Shown here: positions 38,833-49,013 of the stretch, one piece after another
Layout: each line of letters begins with the position of its first letter
How positions within the stretch are numbered: the stretch's first letter is position 1
Source: Planctomycetota bacterium
Lineage (GTDB): Bacteria; Planctomycetota; UBA1135; UBA2386
NCBI GenBank assembly: GCA_965228735.1
Contig: OZ245838.1
Coordinates: forward strand, 2,816,001 to 2,880,000
Length of the DNA stretch: 64,000 nucleotides
Reading direction: 5' to 3'
Notes under the pieces: generated by a model
Told to the model about the DNA's origin: nothing
Databases searched by the model: none
Seen by the model: the letters and a program-made list of their open reading frames with translations, nothing else
Made by a program: the position numbers and the translations under genes

Positions 38833-40574
38833 CGGACGATGTCCTCCGGACCGAGGCGGCCGTAGACGAAGTGACGCTGCCGTTCGTAGTCGGGTGCGAG
38901 GCCGTGATCGGGCACCCACGGCGCCTCTGCGACGTGCGTCATGTAGGTCCCGCGGGGCAGCTCGCGGCCCGCGAACAGTGACTCGAACGACCCCAGCACG
39001 TGAAGTGTCGGCGAGACCTCGTTCGCCAGGTGTCCGCTGACGTTCTCCTCGAGTTCGCCGAGCCAGTCCTCGGCGTCGCTCGCGCTGATGCGGGTGAGCC
39101 GCCCACCATCGCCGAACCAGTACGCGCCGTCGTCGTCGCGCAGCAGCAACCCACCGGTCGGCTGGACGCCGCCGTCCGAGAGCAGTTCGAGATCGCCGTC
39201 CGGCAACCGACGGGCGCGCAGCCGCGCGCGACTGATGCCCTGGCGCGCGCTCACGAGCGCCGTCTCCGTGCGGGCCGGCACGACGTTGCCGAGGATCGTG
39301 CCGCGATCACCGTCGAACGACCACCGATGCCGACTGCGTTGATCCGGCCGCCGATACGCCGCGGGCGACAGCAGGATGCTGTCCGCACCGAGCGTCAGGT
39401 CGGACGGCGACAATCCGGCAAACAGCGTGCGGCTCGCGATCGTCGCGACCTCGTGATTCTGCTGATCGAGCACGGTCCACGACCGTTCGACGCCGCGCAC
39501 GCCGAAGCCGTCGTGCAGGATCGCGTAACCGAACATCAGCAGCGTGGTCCCGAGGCCGATCGCGGGCACGGTGACGAGCGCGAGCATCGGACGCTTGGCG
39601 CGCCGCAGCATGAACAGGTTGATCGGTCCGACGACGATCGCGAACATCAGGATCACGAACAGGAACACGAGCACGGGCGCCTGCGCGAGCCCGGGGATCT
39701 CCTGCCGCACCTGCAGACCGTGCTCGAGCGGCCAGACGCCGATGCTCTTGCCGGAGCCGAGCAGCCCGGGCACGAGGTGATCGAAGTCGAGCCGCGGCCC
39801 CGCGACGGTGACGAACCCGAAGCCCGTACGGGCGCGCTGGCCGTCGTCGAACGCCTCGAAGTTCTCGCGCAGTTCGCCGGGATCGAGCCGGTCGGCACCG
39901 ACGAGCAAGAGGCTGCCGCCGGCGTGGGCGAAGCGCCGCAAGGCCGCCTGGCGCTCCTCGTCGATCCGCGACATGCCGTCGACGACGACGAGCGGGAACG
40001 CGGTGTAGAGCCGCCAATCGCGCGGCGCGTCGACGGTCGGGCAGGTGACGACGCGCGGCTTGCTGCGCCGCTTGCCGGGCCACAGCTGCTGCACGAGCCC
40101 GAGCGTCGCGGGTTCGAAGTCTTCGTTGTCGCTGACGACGAGCGCCGCTGGTCCGTCCGTGCGACCCGAGGTCATGTATTCCTCGTAGATCGTGTTGTCG
40201 ACCGTGACGATCACGTCGAACGCGTAGCGCGACAGCACGGGCATCGGCAGGTGCAGGCGCGCGCGTTCGTACGGCCCGAGTCCGACGGTGCGCCGGAGTT
40301 CGACGCTGCTCTGCGTGTGGGTGCGGGTCGAGATCTCGACCCGCACGGCGTGGGCCGCGGAGTCCTCGTTCTGCAGGTCGACGAGGATGAAGCCGTAGCC
40401 GCCGCCCGTCCCGCTGCCCGTCCCGCTGCCCGCGAACACGGAGAATCCGAGGCCCATGATGCGCCGCTCATCGACCTTGTGATCGATCGTGAGGTCCTGG
40501 GCCCGGAGCGCGCCCCCAAGGAGCGGAACGATGAGCGAGCCGAAGATCAGCAGCAGCAGGGTCAGCGATCTCAC
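38829..40574 (-). CDS. Membrane protein of the MoxR operon (GATase-like domain)
   Basis: Signal peptide, FAHAGGSLLL and two central TM helices (VGPIN). Confidence 0.7.
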   Translation of the reverse strand: MRSLTLLLLIFGSLIVPLLGGALRAQDLTIDHKVDERRIMGLGFSVFAGSGTGSGTGGGYGFILVDLQNEDSAAHAVRVEISTRTHTQSSVELRRTVGLGPYERARLHLPMPVLSRYAFDVIVTVDNTIYEEYMTSGRTDGPAALVVSDNEDFEPATLGLVQQLWPGKRRSKPRVVTCPTVDAPRDWRLYTAFPLVVVDGMSRIDEERQAALRRFAHAGGSLLLVGADRLDPGELRENFEAFDDGQRARTGFGFVTVAGPRLDFDHLVPGLLGSGKSIGVWPLEHGLQVRQEIPGLAQAPVLVFLFVILMFAIVVGPINLFMLRRAKRPMLALVTVPAIGLGTTLLMFGYAILHDGFGVRGVERSWTVLDQQNHEVATIASRTLFAGLSPSDLTLGADSILLSPAAYRRPDQRSRHRWSFDGDRGTILGNVVPARTETALVSARQGISRARLRARRLPDGDLELLSDGGVQPTGGLLLRDDDGAYWFGDGGRLTRISASDAEDWLGELEENVSGHLANEVSPTLHVLGSFESLFAGRELPRGTYMTHVAEAPWVPDHGLAPDYERQRHFVYGRLGPEDIVR

Positions 40575-41587
40575 TGCACGGCCTCCGGCAAATCGCGCGC
40601 GATCTCGGGCACCGCATCGAGCAGCGCGGCGACGACGTCCGCCGCCGTCGTCCCGGCGACGACCGCGGCGTGATCCAGCACGAGGCGGTGCGCGAGCGCG
40701 GCCTTCGCCGTCGCCTGCACGTCCGCGAAGTCGACGTTGGGTCGGCCCGCGATGAGCGCGGCAGCGCGCGCGGCCTCGCCGATCGCGATGGCGGCGCGCG
40801 GCGACGCGCCGAAGCGCACGGCCGTCTGCACCACGTTCGGCGCCGCGGCGTCACGCGGATGACTCGCGGCGACGAGGCGCGCGATGTAGCTCGCGACCGC
40901 TTCGGGCAGGAACACCTCGTCCACGAGCCCGAACAGCTCGTCGAGCTCGGCGGGCGTCAGCACGGCGTCCTGCGCCGGCGGCTGCCCCCGGCGACGCTCG
41001 CCGAGGATGCGCGTCATCACCGACGCGTCGACGCCCGGCACCTCGACCTTGAACAGGAAGCGGTCGAGCTGCGCTTCGGGCAGCGGATACGTGCCCTCGA
41101 GCTCGATCGGGTTCTGCGTCGCGAGCACGAAGAACGGCAGCGGCAGCGCGTGCGTCTCGCCGAGCACGGTGACGCTGCGCTCCTGCATCGCCTCGAGCAG
41201 CGCGGACTGCGTCTTGGGCGACGCACGGTTGATCTCGTCGGCGAGCACGACGCTCGCGAACAGCGGACCGGGTTGGAACACGAACGCGCGTTCGCCGCCC
41301 TTCTCCTGCAGGATCGGACCGCCGGTGATGTCGCCGGGCAGCAGATCCGGCGTGAACTGGACGCGCCGGAACGGCAGTCCGAGGAGCCGACCGAGCGCCT
41401 TGACGAGCTCGGTCTTGCCGAGCCCCGGCAGGCCTTCGAGCAGCAGATGGCCGCGCGCGAGCAGCGCGATGACCGCGAGGTCGACGAGCTCTTCCTGGCC
41501 GAGCAGAACCGAGTTGCAGCCGTCCCGGATGCGGCCGAGCAACTGCTGGCCGCGTTCGACCTCGGCGGCGGTGAGCACCTTCGTCAT
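40571..41587 (-). CDS. MoxR-family AAA+ ATPase
   Basis: GLPGLGKT, LADEINRA and ATQNPIELEGTYPLPEAQLDRF. Confidence 0.95.
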   Translation of the reverse strand: MTKVLTAAEVERGQQLLGRIRDGCNSVLLGQEELVDLAVIALLARGHLLLEGLPGLGKTELVKALGRLLGLPFRRVQFTPDLLPGDITGGPILQEKGGERAFVFQPGPLFASVVLADEINRASPKTQSALLEAMQERSVTVLGETHALPLPFFVLATQNPIELEGTYPLPEAQLDRFLFKVEVPGVDASVMTRILGERRRGQPPAQDAVLTPAELDELFGLVDEVFLPEAVASYIARLVAASHPRDAAAPNVVQTAVRFGASPRAAIAIGEAARAAALIAGRPNVDFADVQATAKAALAHRLVLDHAAVVAGTTAADVVAALLDAVPEIARDLPEAVQ

Positions 41588-43135
41588 CTACTTCTTCCTG
41601 GTCTCCGCGTCGAAGAACCGCCGCAGCACCGCGCGGTGCCGGGGCGCATAGTCGAGTTGCCACGTCGCGCCGCCGCTGCCGGCAGCCGCGCCGTCCCCGC
41701 TCCGCCCGGGAGCGACGTTGGGTCGCGGCGCGACGGTCGGCGCGACCCGCTCGGTGCGCACGGGCACCCAGCGATCGGGCAGGTTGCGATTCTTGGGCAA
41801 CGGCAGCGCGGCGCCCGCCGTGCCGGCCGTCGGGGCGTTCGCGAGGTCGAGCGCGGTGTGGCCCGGACCGCGTGCCCTGCCACCGTTGCCGGGGCCAGCA
41901 CCCTGGCCGTTGCCGACGCCGAACTGGCCCTCCCCGAACTGGCCGAACTGCTGCGCCAGGGCCTGCAGTTGCGCGAGCCGTGCTGCGTCGAGGCGGCCCG
42001 CGAGCGCGGCGAGGTCGCCGAGATCGAGGTCGGAGAACGCGCCGAGGTCGAGCCCCTTCAGGTCGAGATTGGCGAGATCGAGGTTGGCCAACCCGAGCTT
42101 CGCGAGATCGAGGTCGCCGAGATCCATGCCGTCGAGCGTCGCACCGAAGGACTGGGCGAGCATCGCGAGGCGCGCGGGATCGAGCGGCAGCTTGTCGAAG
42201 TCGAACGTGCCATCCGGGCCGCGCGCCGCCTCGAGCAGATCGCTCAGCGTGCCCGGCACCTCGCGCAGCAGACCGAGCTCGTTGAGCATGTTCGCCGCGT
42301 TCGCGAGCAGGCCAGTGTCGAGCAGGCCGGAGTCGAGCGGCCGCTCGCGACTCTCGCCCGGGGCCATCGGGGCACCACCGTTGCCTGCCGCGGCCGCGGC
42401 GAGCTGCAGCAGCTGCTCGCGTTCGAGGCGCTGCGCGAAGTCGTCGATGACGCGCCACTCCGGCACCTCACCCGCGTCGACCTGCTTCTCGAGATCCGCC
42501 AGCGTCGCGCGCAGCTCGCGTTCGACCTCGGCGGGCACGTGACCACGATCGAACAGACCGCGCAGCTCGTCGCCGAGACGCCCGACCTCGGCCTGGAACG
42601 TCGGCAACGGGGTCGCTGCCGGTGCGAGCGCCGGCGGGGGCAGCATCGCGGTCAGCGTGAACACCGCGGCGGCGAGCACCGGCCCGGGCAGGAGTCGCCC
42701 CCACCGCAGGCGCGGCAACGCCGCGGGCAGACCGGCCATCGCGTGCTGCAGGTGCGCGCGCCACGCCGGGTCCAGCTCGGCGCGTTCGGCCCCGGCACCA
42801 ACCCCGCCGGCGACCTGGTGCGCGGACAGCAGCAGCCCGCCGAGCTCGAGTCGGCGATCGAGATGCGCGGCCGCGGTCGGCAGGTCCGGTCGTTCGCGGC
42901 TCGCGCGATACCAGCCGAACGCGACGACCGGCACCACGAGAGCGGCCCACCACCAGTTCATCGGCAGATAACCGTCGAACAACCGCGCGCCGACGAGCGC
43001 GGCGGCCGCGAGCACCGCGATCACGAGGGTCGCCCGCAACGCCCCCATCACGAACCCCAGCGCCGTCAGGCGGCGGCGGAACGAGGCGATCGCGGCTTCG
43101 GGGGTCGGCATCGGTGCGTTGGGGTCGACGGGCAC
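41588..43135 (-). CDS. Membrane protein with coiled-coil/low-complexity region
   Basis: N-terminal TMs and a C-terminal PRHRAVLRRFF of the kind seen in MoxR-operon partners. Confidence 0.7.
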   Translation of the reverse strand: MPVDPNAPMPTPEAAIASFRRRLTALGFVMGALRATLVIAVLAAAALVGARLFDGYLPMNWWWAALVVPVVAFGWYRASRERPDLPTAAAHLDRRLELGGLLLSAHQVAGGVGAGAERAELDPAWRAHLQHAMAGLPAALPRLRWGRLLPGPVLAAAVFTLTAMLPPPALAPAATPLPTFQAEVGRLGDELRGLFDRGHVPAEVERELRATLADLEKQVDAGEVPEWRVIDDFAQRLEREQLLQLAAAAAGNGGAPMAPGESRERPLDSGLLDTGLLANAANMLNELGLLREVPGTLSDLLEAARGPDGTFDFDKLPLDPARLAMLAQSFGATLDGMDLGDLDLAKLGLANLDLANLDLKGLDLGAFSDLDLGDLAALAGRLDAARLAQLQALAQQFGQFGEGQFGVGNGQGAGPGNGGRARGPGHTALDLANAPTAGTAGAALPLPKNRNLPDRWVPVRTERVAPTVAPRPNVAPGRSGDGAAAGSGGATWQLDYAPRHRAVLRRFFDAETRKK

Positions 43136-43206
43136 GTCCCGGCAATATTCACGCTTTTCGCGATTCGCCCGGCCGCCGGCGCCCCACCGTACCGACCCCC
43201 GCGCGT

Positions 43207-44286
43207 TCAGACCACGGGCCCGGCCCCTGGTCGGTCACTTTCCTGCCCGCGGCCGGCCGCCGGCAACGCGCCGTGGTGATGCGTCTCTTCGTCCGGCTGC
43301 ACCGCCTCGTCGACGGTCAGCGGCACGAGGCCGGTGAACGGCTGCCGCCGCACGGTGCACGCTTCGAGATCGCACATCGAGCAGTACGTGCGCTCGCACG
43401 GATCGGTGTGGAACGACACGTCGCCGTCGCCCGGCATCTCGCGCACGACGTGCGCCGCGAGTTCTTCGGCGAGGTCGTGCGCGCGTTCGACGGTCCAGAA
43501 CTCGGGCACGACGAGATGCGCCGAGATGTGCCGGAAGTGGCCGGAACGGATCGCCCGCATCTGGTGCACCCGGATGACGCCGCCGCCGACCCGCGAACCG
43601 AGCACGTTGACGACTTCCTGCAGCAGTTGCGGGTCCTCTTCGTCGAGCAGCCCACCGGCAGCCCGCCGCACGACGCGCCAACCGGTGTTGAGCAGCAGCA
43701 GCGCCGTGACGATCGCGACCGCGGGATCGAAGAACGTCAGGCCCGTGAGGCGCACGAGTCCGAGCCCGACGATCGCGCCGAAGCTCGTCCAGAAGTCGGA
43801 GAGCACGTGCTGCCCGTCGGCCTCGATCGCAGCCGAACCGTGCCGCCGGCCATAACGGATCAGGAACAGCCCGAGCAGCCCGTTCGCGACGCCGGCGCCG
43901 AGCGTCAGCAGCATGCCGGTCTCGAGCTCGTGCAGCTCGTGCCCCTGGACCAGCGCCGCGATCGACTGCCACAGGATCGCGAGGGCCGCGAAGAAGATGA
44001 GTCCGCCCTCGAACGCCGCGGTGAAGAACTCGATCTTGCCGTGACCGAACGGGTGATCGCGATCGGCCGGCCGCGTCGCGTAGACCATGCCCGCGATCAA
44101 GAGCAACGCGGCGACGACGTTCACGATCGACTCGAGCGCGTCGCTGAAGACCGCCTGCGACCCGGTGAGCGACCAGGCCCAGAACTTCACGGCCATCAGC
44201 ACGATCGCCGCGATCAGCGAGAGCCCGGCGATGCCGACGTGCCCGCGCCCCGGCCGCTTCGCGCCGTGCCCGTGCCCACCGCTCAC
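43207..44286 (-). CDS. Cation diffusion facilitator (FieF-like)
   Basis: SDALES, HPFGHGKIE and HVLSD, with a C-terminal Cys cluster. Start uncertain. Confidence 0.9.
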   Translation of the reverse strand: MSGGHGHGAKRPGRGHVGIAGLSLIAAIVLMAVKFWAWSLTGSQAVFSDALESIVNVVAALLLIAGMVYATRPADRDHPFGHGKIEFFTAAFEGGLIFFAALAILWQSIAALVQGHELHELETGMLLTLGAGVANGLLGLFLIRYGRRHGSAAIEADGQHVLSDFWTSFGAIVGLGLVRLTGLTFFDPAVAIVTALLLLNTGWRVVRRAAGGLLDEEDPQLLQEVVNVLGSRVGGGVIRVHQMRAIRSGHFRHISAHLVVPEFWTVERAHDLAEELAAHVVREMPGDGDVSFHTDPCERTYCSMCDLEACTVRRQPFTGLVPLTVDEAVQPDEETHHHGALPAAGRGQESDRPGAGPVV

Positions 44287-44455
44287 GACCGACCCCGCAG
44301 CCGCGCCGGAGCGCGGGAAGGTCCGGGGTCGTTCTGCGTCGAAGGCATGCCAGCCATCGTCGCGGCTGCGACGGGCCGGCGCAAATCGCATCCCGCGAGC
44401 CGAGGTTCCGCGGTTTCTCGTACCCTTCGCGCTCCTCCCCGGCATTGGGCCTCCC

Positions 44456-45100
44456 GTGAGCAGCAACGCCATCTCCGCGCCGATCACCCGTGCGGGCGCC
44501 GAGCCCGCACCCGCGAGCTCGCTCCCGAGTCTGGGGCACCCGAGTCTGGGGCACCCGAGTTTGGGGCACCCGGATCCGGCCCAGTTCGTCGGCGCGCACC
44601 AGACCGGACTCTGGCGCTATCTGCGCGCCCTCGGGTGTGAACCCGCGCGCGCCGAAGAACACTGCCAGGACGCGCTGCTCGCGGCCCTGAACGATCCGAT
44701 CGCGACGGCCCCCGCCGCGGACGCGGCCCGCTGGCTGCGGCGCGCCGCGAAGAACCTGTTCCTCATGCGGCTGCGGCACGAACGGCGCCGGCCCGAGGTC
44801 GCATCGATCGAAGCCGCGGAAGCGGATTGGCGGGCGTGGGGCGCGCTGGCCGACGGCGGCGACGCCGCGCTCGCAGCGCTCGACCAATGCCTCTCGAGCC
44901 TGCCGCCGCGCGACCGCGAGCTCGTGACGCGGCGATACGCGGACGACGAACCACGCACGACGATCGGCCGCGCGCTCGGACTCGGCGAGGCCGGGGTCAA
45001 GCAGGCGCTGCGACGGCTGCGCGCGCGGTTGCGGGCATGCGTGAGCCGGCGCCTCGCGGACGAGGACGAGAACGACAGCGAACGAGGACGAGGACGATGA
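44456..45100 (+). CDS. ECF sigma factor
   Basis: LWRYLRALG, AEEHCQDA, WL and a region-4 HTH (GVKQALRRLR). Start uncertain. Confidence 0.8.
   Translation: MSSNAISAPITRAGAEPAPASSLPSLGHPSLGHPSLGHPDPAQFVGAHQTGLWRYLRALGCEPARAEEHCQDALLAALNDPIATAPAADAARWLRRAAKNLFLMRLRHERRRPEVASIEAAEADWRAWGALADGGDAALAALDQCLSSLPPRDRELVTRRYADDEPRTTIGRALGLGEAGVKQALRRLRARLRACVSRRLADEDENDSERGRGR
44525..44572 (+). repeat. 15-bp tandem repeat x3 (encodes PSLGH)
   Basis: CCGAGTYTGGGGCAC three times. Confidence 0.9.
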
Positions 45101-46507
45101 CGACCGAGACCAACGAGACCGGCGGCGCGATCGACGCGCTGCTCGCCGAACGCGTCGGCGGCGTGACCCCGCCGGATCTGACCGACCGCGTGCTCGCCGA
45201 GTACGAGCGCGGATCTGAGGATCGCAGCCGCGCCCAGACCGCGCCCGCGGGCTGCGGCATGTTCGAAGGGAGCAGCGAACCGAACGGCGGATCGCGACTG
45301 CTCGCGGCCGCGCTGCTGCTGCTCGGCCTCGGCGTCGTGACCGCGACGCTGTGGTTCGGGCGGGCCGGCGACGGCGCCGCGCACTCGGCGACCGCTCCCG
45401 GCGAGCGCCAGCAGGATCCCCAGCAGGATCCGCGCGGCCAGCAAGCGCCCCCTGCCGAACCGCCGCCACCCGAACAGGCCGGCCCCGAACCGTCCGGTCC
45501 GTGCGCGATCCGGCTGCGCGTCGTCGACCCGCACGGCGGCCCCGTCCAGCAGTTCGCGTATCGCGTGCTGTCCGCGCAGGTCGAACCACCGGCCGCCCGA
45601 GTGGGCGGCCGCGGCCACGAAGCTGCTGCGGGCACTGCCGGGGTTCGATCGACAGGCCCGGCCGCGCGACTTCGACACGGACACGCTCGCGGTCGCCGGT
45701 CTGTCGCCCGGCCGCTACCGCGTCGTCGTCGACGCCCCGGGGTTCGCGCGCTCGGCGTCGCAGCCGTTCGTCCTGACCGCTCCCGGAGCCGACGAGGCGA
45801 CGCCCGCCGTCACGGTGAAACTGAACCGCGGCAGCTCGATCACGGGCACGATCACCGACGCGCAAGGCGACCCGATCGCGAACGCGAAGGTCACGCTCGA
45901 ATCCGTCGCCGACTCCGCGGCGAAGACGAAGCGGCTGCCGCCCGAGATCGCCGGCTGGCAGGAGTTCGCCGGCCGCTTCGACTTCGTGAGCATGTTGTCC
46001 GAAGGAACGGTTCGCACCGACGCCAACGGCCGCTTCCGCTTCCGGACGATCGCGCTCGGCGAATACACGGTCGGCGTCCAGCACCCGGACTTCTGCCCCG
46101 CGATCGGCCCGCCGTTCACCCTCGGCGCCGAACCGATCGAGATCCCGAAGCTCGAACTCGCGGTCGGCACGGCGGTGCACGGCACCGTCACGCTCGACGG
46201 TCGCCCCGCGCCCGAGATCCAGATCCGCCTCGCGGCGGGCACCACGGCCCCGGGACTGCAGCGCGACGGCAAGATCCGCCGCATCGCGCAGCACTGGACC
46301 GCGATCTCGGACGAAGACGGCAAGTTCACGTTCCCGACGCGCGTGCCGGCAGGCGACTACACGATCAGCGGCCGCGAGCTGAACACCGAGGGCAACCCGT
46401 TCCAGCTCCTGCTGCAGATCAAGGAGTCGCAGGTCGCATTCACGATCGAACCGGGGACGGCGCGTTCGCGCCACGACCTCGTGATCACATCGAAGAAACG
46501 CAGGTGA
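45097..46507 (+). pseudogene. Putative anti-sigma membrane protein with carboxypeptidase-regulatory-like repeats, frameshifted near 45570-45600
   Basis: MTTET...TM...VVDPHGGPV is in one frame and GLSPGRYRVVVDAPGFA...GSITGTITD is in another. ATGA-coupled to the sigma gene. Confidence 0.7.
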
Positions 46508-46547
46508 AGGCCAGCTGACGCGGCGTCCCGTTCCGGGACCGCGTCGT

Positions 46548-46575
46548 TCAAGGACCAGCGGTTCCGACCCGATAG
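46548..46575 (+). promoter_or_regulatory. Possible sigma28 (FliA) promoter
   Basis: TCAAG-N15-CCCGATAG just upstream of the flagellin gene. Confidence 0.45.
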
Positions 46576-46585
46576 CGGGGCCCGG

Positions 46586-47344
46586 ATGAGCCTCACGATC
46601 AGCAACGACTCGCACGGCATGTTGCGCGCGCTGTACGCGACGGACCAGCGCATGCAGCGGTCGTTCGCCCGTCTCGCCACCGGCAAACGGATCGCCTCGG
46701 CCGCGGATGACGCGGCCGGCCTCGCGATCAGCCAGCGGTTGTCCGCGCAAGAACGCGGCTTCCACCAGGGCGTGCGCAATCTCGCCGATGGCTACGGCTA
46801 CGCGGCGACGGCCGAGGGCACGCTCGGCTCGAGCGCCGACACGCTCGGTCGCATGCGCGAGCTCGCGGTGCAGGCGCAGAACGGCACGCTGAGCGCCGCG
46901 GACCGCGCGACGATCCAGGAAGAGTACGACCAGCTCGCGGCGACGCTCGACCAGACGGCGCCGGCCGCCGAGAGCAAGACGTTCACGGACGGCAACGGCG
47001 GCGAGGTGACGCTCGATGTCGCGGATGCGAGCGCGAGCGGCCTCGGCGTCAGCGGTCTCGATCTGTCGGACCCGACGTCGATCGACGCGATCGACCAGGC
47101 GATCGACGACGTCTCGTCGGCCCGCAGCTCGCTCGGCACGGCGATGAATCGCATGGAGTACCGCTCCGAAGCGGTGAGCGGCCAGGCCGAATCCGCGGCC
47201 GCAGCGCGCTCTCGGATCGAGGACGCGGACTTCGCCCAGGAAGTTGCGAATCTGACGCGGGACCGCATCCTGCAGCAGCTGCAGGTCTCGGGCCTGCAGA
47301 TGGCTGGCCGCAACAAGGGCGTGGCGCTCGACCTGTTCGCGTAG
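46586..47344 (+). CDS. fliC: Short flagellin
   Basis: RLATGKRIASAADDAAGLAIS, RMRELAVQAQN and RSRIEDADFAQE. Confidence 0.88.
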   Translation: MSLTISNDSHGMLRALYATDQRMQRSFARLATGKRIASAADDAAGLAISQRLSAQERGFHQGVRNLADGYGYAATAEGTLGSSADTLGRMRELAVQAQNGTLSAADRATIQEEYDQLAATLDQTAPAAESKTFTDGNGGEVTLDVADASASGLGVSGLDLSDPTSIDAIDQAIDDVSSARSSLGTAMNRMEYRSEAVSGQAESAAAARSRIEDADFAQEVANLTRDRILQQLQVSGLQMAGRNKGVALDLFA

Positions 47345-47407
47345 CCAGCGCACATCTCTCCGCCGCGACGACGCACGCGACCGCCGAGTTGCGCTACCAT
47401 CCGAGGC

Positions 47408-48955
47408 GTGTCCTGTCCCCGCCCTGGGTTCGTCCGCGCCATCACGCTTCCCGCCTTGGCCGTCTGGCTCGCGACCGCCGCGAGCGCGCAGCGCACCGCA
47501 CCCGAGGTGTTGCGCGCACAGGTTCCGAGTCGCGAGCTCGCCGTCGGCGAGGCGCTGCGGTTCGCCGACCGCGCGTGCCTCTGCGCGCGGCGCGACGGCC
47601 GCCCGTTCCTCATCTGGGATCGCACGGACTACCTGCCGATCCCGGACAGTGCGGACGGTGCGGCGACGTGGCTCCGGGATCACGGGGGCGAGCTCGGCCA
47701 CGGCGAGTTCGACGCCGTCGCTGCCGGAACGCGCGATTGGAACGGCGCGACGATCCGGCGCTTCACGCTGAGTCGGAACGGCATCGCGCTCGCCGACGCC
47801 GAGGTCTGGGTGTGCTTCGACGACCGCGGTTGCCTCGGCCTGATGAACCGCGTGCCGCGCGGGCTCGCCGCAGCACCGCCGCCACCAGCCGTCCCACCGG
47901 CCGGTACCGAACTGCAATACAAGGTGCGCCGCGCGAGCGGTCAGCGCGACCGCGTCGTGCTCGCCGAGGTGCGCCGCCAGCAAGCCGGCAACCACGAACG
48001 GATCGAGTTCGTCGACGCCGGCACGGTGTTCGCGCGCGAACGCAGCCAGCGCGCCGGCAGCCAGCCCGACAGCGCGGCGACGATCACCGACTTCTTCGTC
48101 GGCGGGTTCCCCGACCAGCTGCAGGCGGACGCGCGCGGCGTGATCTGGGTCTCCGATCCGACGCTGAATCGTCTGCTCGAGATCGACCCGCAGACCGGCA
48201 ACGTCACACCGCACTCGACGTCGCCCTGGACCCAGCCGGACGGCCTGTGCGTCGACCCCGACGGTCGCGTGTGGACCGGGCTCTACACGACGGGCAACGG
48301 CCTCGGCCTGTTCGATCGTGCGACCAACCAGTTCACGCGGTTCGCGCCGCCGACCTTCGGCTCCTACGCGATCCCGACGTGGCACCACAGCGGCCGCATC
48401 TATCTCACGGAGCATTCGCCCGCGACGCTGCACGTCTTCGATTCCACCACCAGCACGTGGCAGCCATCGATCGCGATGCCCGGCCTCTGGCCCGTGAGCG
48501 GGACCTACGACTCGACGTCCGGTGACCTGTTCGTCATGCAGTGGTCGAGCAACTCGATCGCGCGCGTCCGCGACACCGCGGTCGTCGCCAACCTGCCGAC
48601 GCCGATCACGGCCGGGCCGAGCTTCAGCGCCTCGGCCAACGGCAAGGTCTGGTTCTCCTACTGGTCGTCGACCCAGATCGGCGAGCTCGACCTCGACACC
48701 GGCGCGTTCACCACGCACAACCAGACGGTGAGCGGCGCCGGCGGCCCGATCGACGTCGGCCCCAACGGCCACGTCTTCCTCGGCACGCGCTTCACGGGCT
48801 ACATCATCGAGTTCGACCCGGTCGCCGGCACGTCGACCAATCACCCGATCAGCGGCACGCAGGGCGCGCTCAAGGACGGCCTCACGGTCGCACCCGACGG
48901 CTCGGTGTGGTTCACGAGCGGCAACGGCTACGTTGTCCGCTTGACCCTGCCGTAG
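47408..48955 (+). CDS. Secreted protein: FTP-like N-terminus plus Vgb-like beta-propeller
   Basis: Signal peptide and repeated xPDGxVWF units. Confidence 0.7.
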   Translation: MSCPRPGFVRAITLPALAVWLATAASAQRTAPEVLRAQVPSRELAVGEALRFADRACLCARRDGRPFLIWDRTDYLPIPDSADGAATWLRDHGGELGHGEFDAVAAGTRDWNGATIRRFTLSRNGIALADAEVWVCFDDRGCLGLMNRVPRGLAAAPPPPAVPPAGTELQYKVRRASGQRDRVVLAEVRRQQAGNHERIEFVDAGTVFARERSQRAGSQPDSAATITDFFVGGFPDQLQADARGVIWVSDPTLNRLLEIDPQTGNVTPHSTSPWTQPDGLCVDPDGRVWTGLYTTGNGLGLFDRATNQFTRFAPPTFGSYAIPTWHHSGRIYLTEHSPATLHVFDSTTSTWQPSIAMPGLWPVSGTYDSTSGDLFVMQWSSNSIARVRDTAVVANLPTPITAGPSFSASANGKVWFSYWSSTQIGELDLDTGAFTTHNQTVSGAGGPIDVGPNGHVFLGTRFTGYIIEFDPVAGTSTNHPISGTQGALKDGLTVAPDGSVWFTSGNGYVVRLTLP

Positions 48956-49013
48956 CAGACCAGACCCCGAACACCCCGACCCCGACCCCGAAAGACCCGC
49001 TCAGGAACGAACG

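Noticed and set aside
43235..48844. Very long antisense or alternative-frame ORFs (this 1869 aa one; also 20514-23822, 26936-29995, 50628-53669)
   Set aside because: They are shadow ORFs of real high-GC genes and lack recognisable motifs.
48960..48998. ACCCCG-type short repeats between genes
   Set aside because: Short low-complexity tract with no supportable function.
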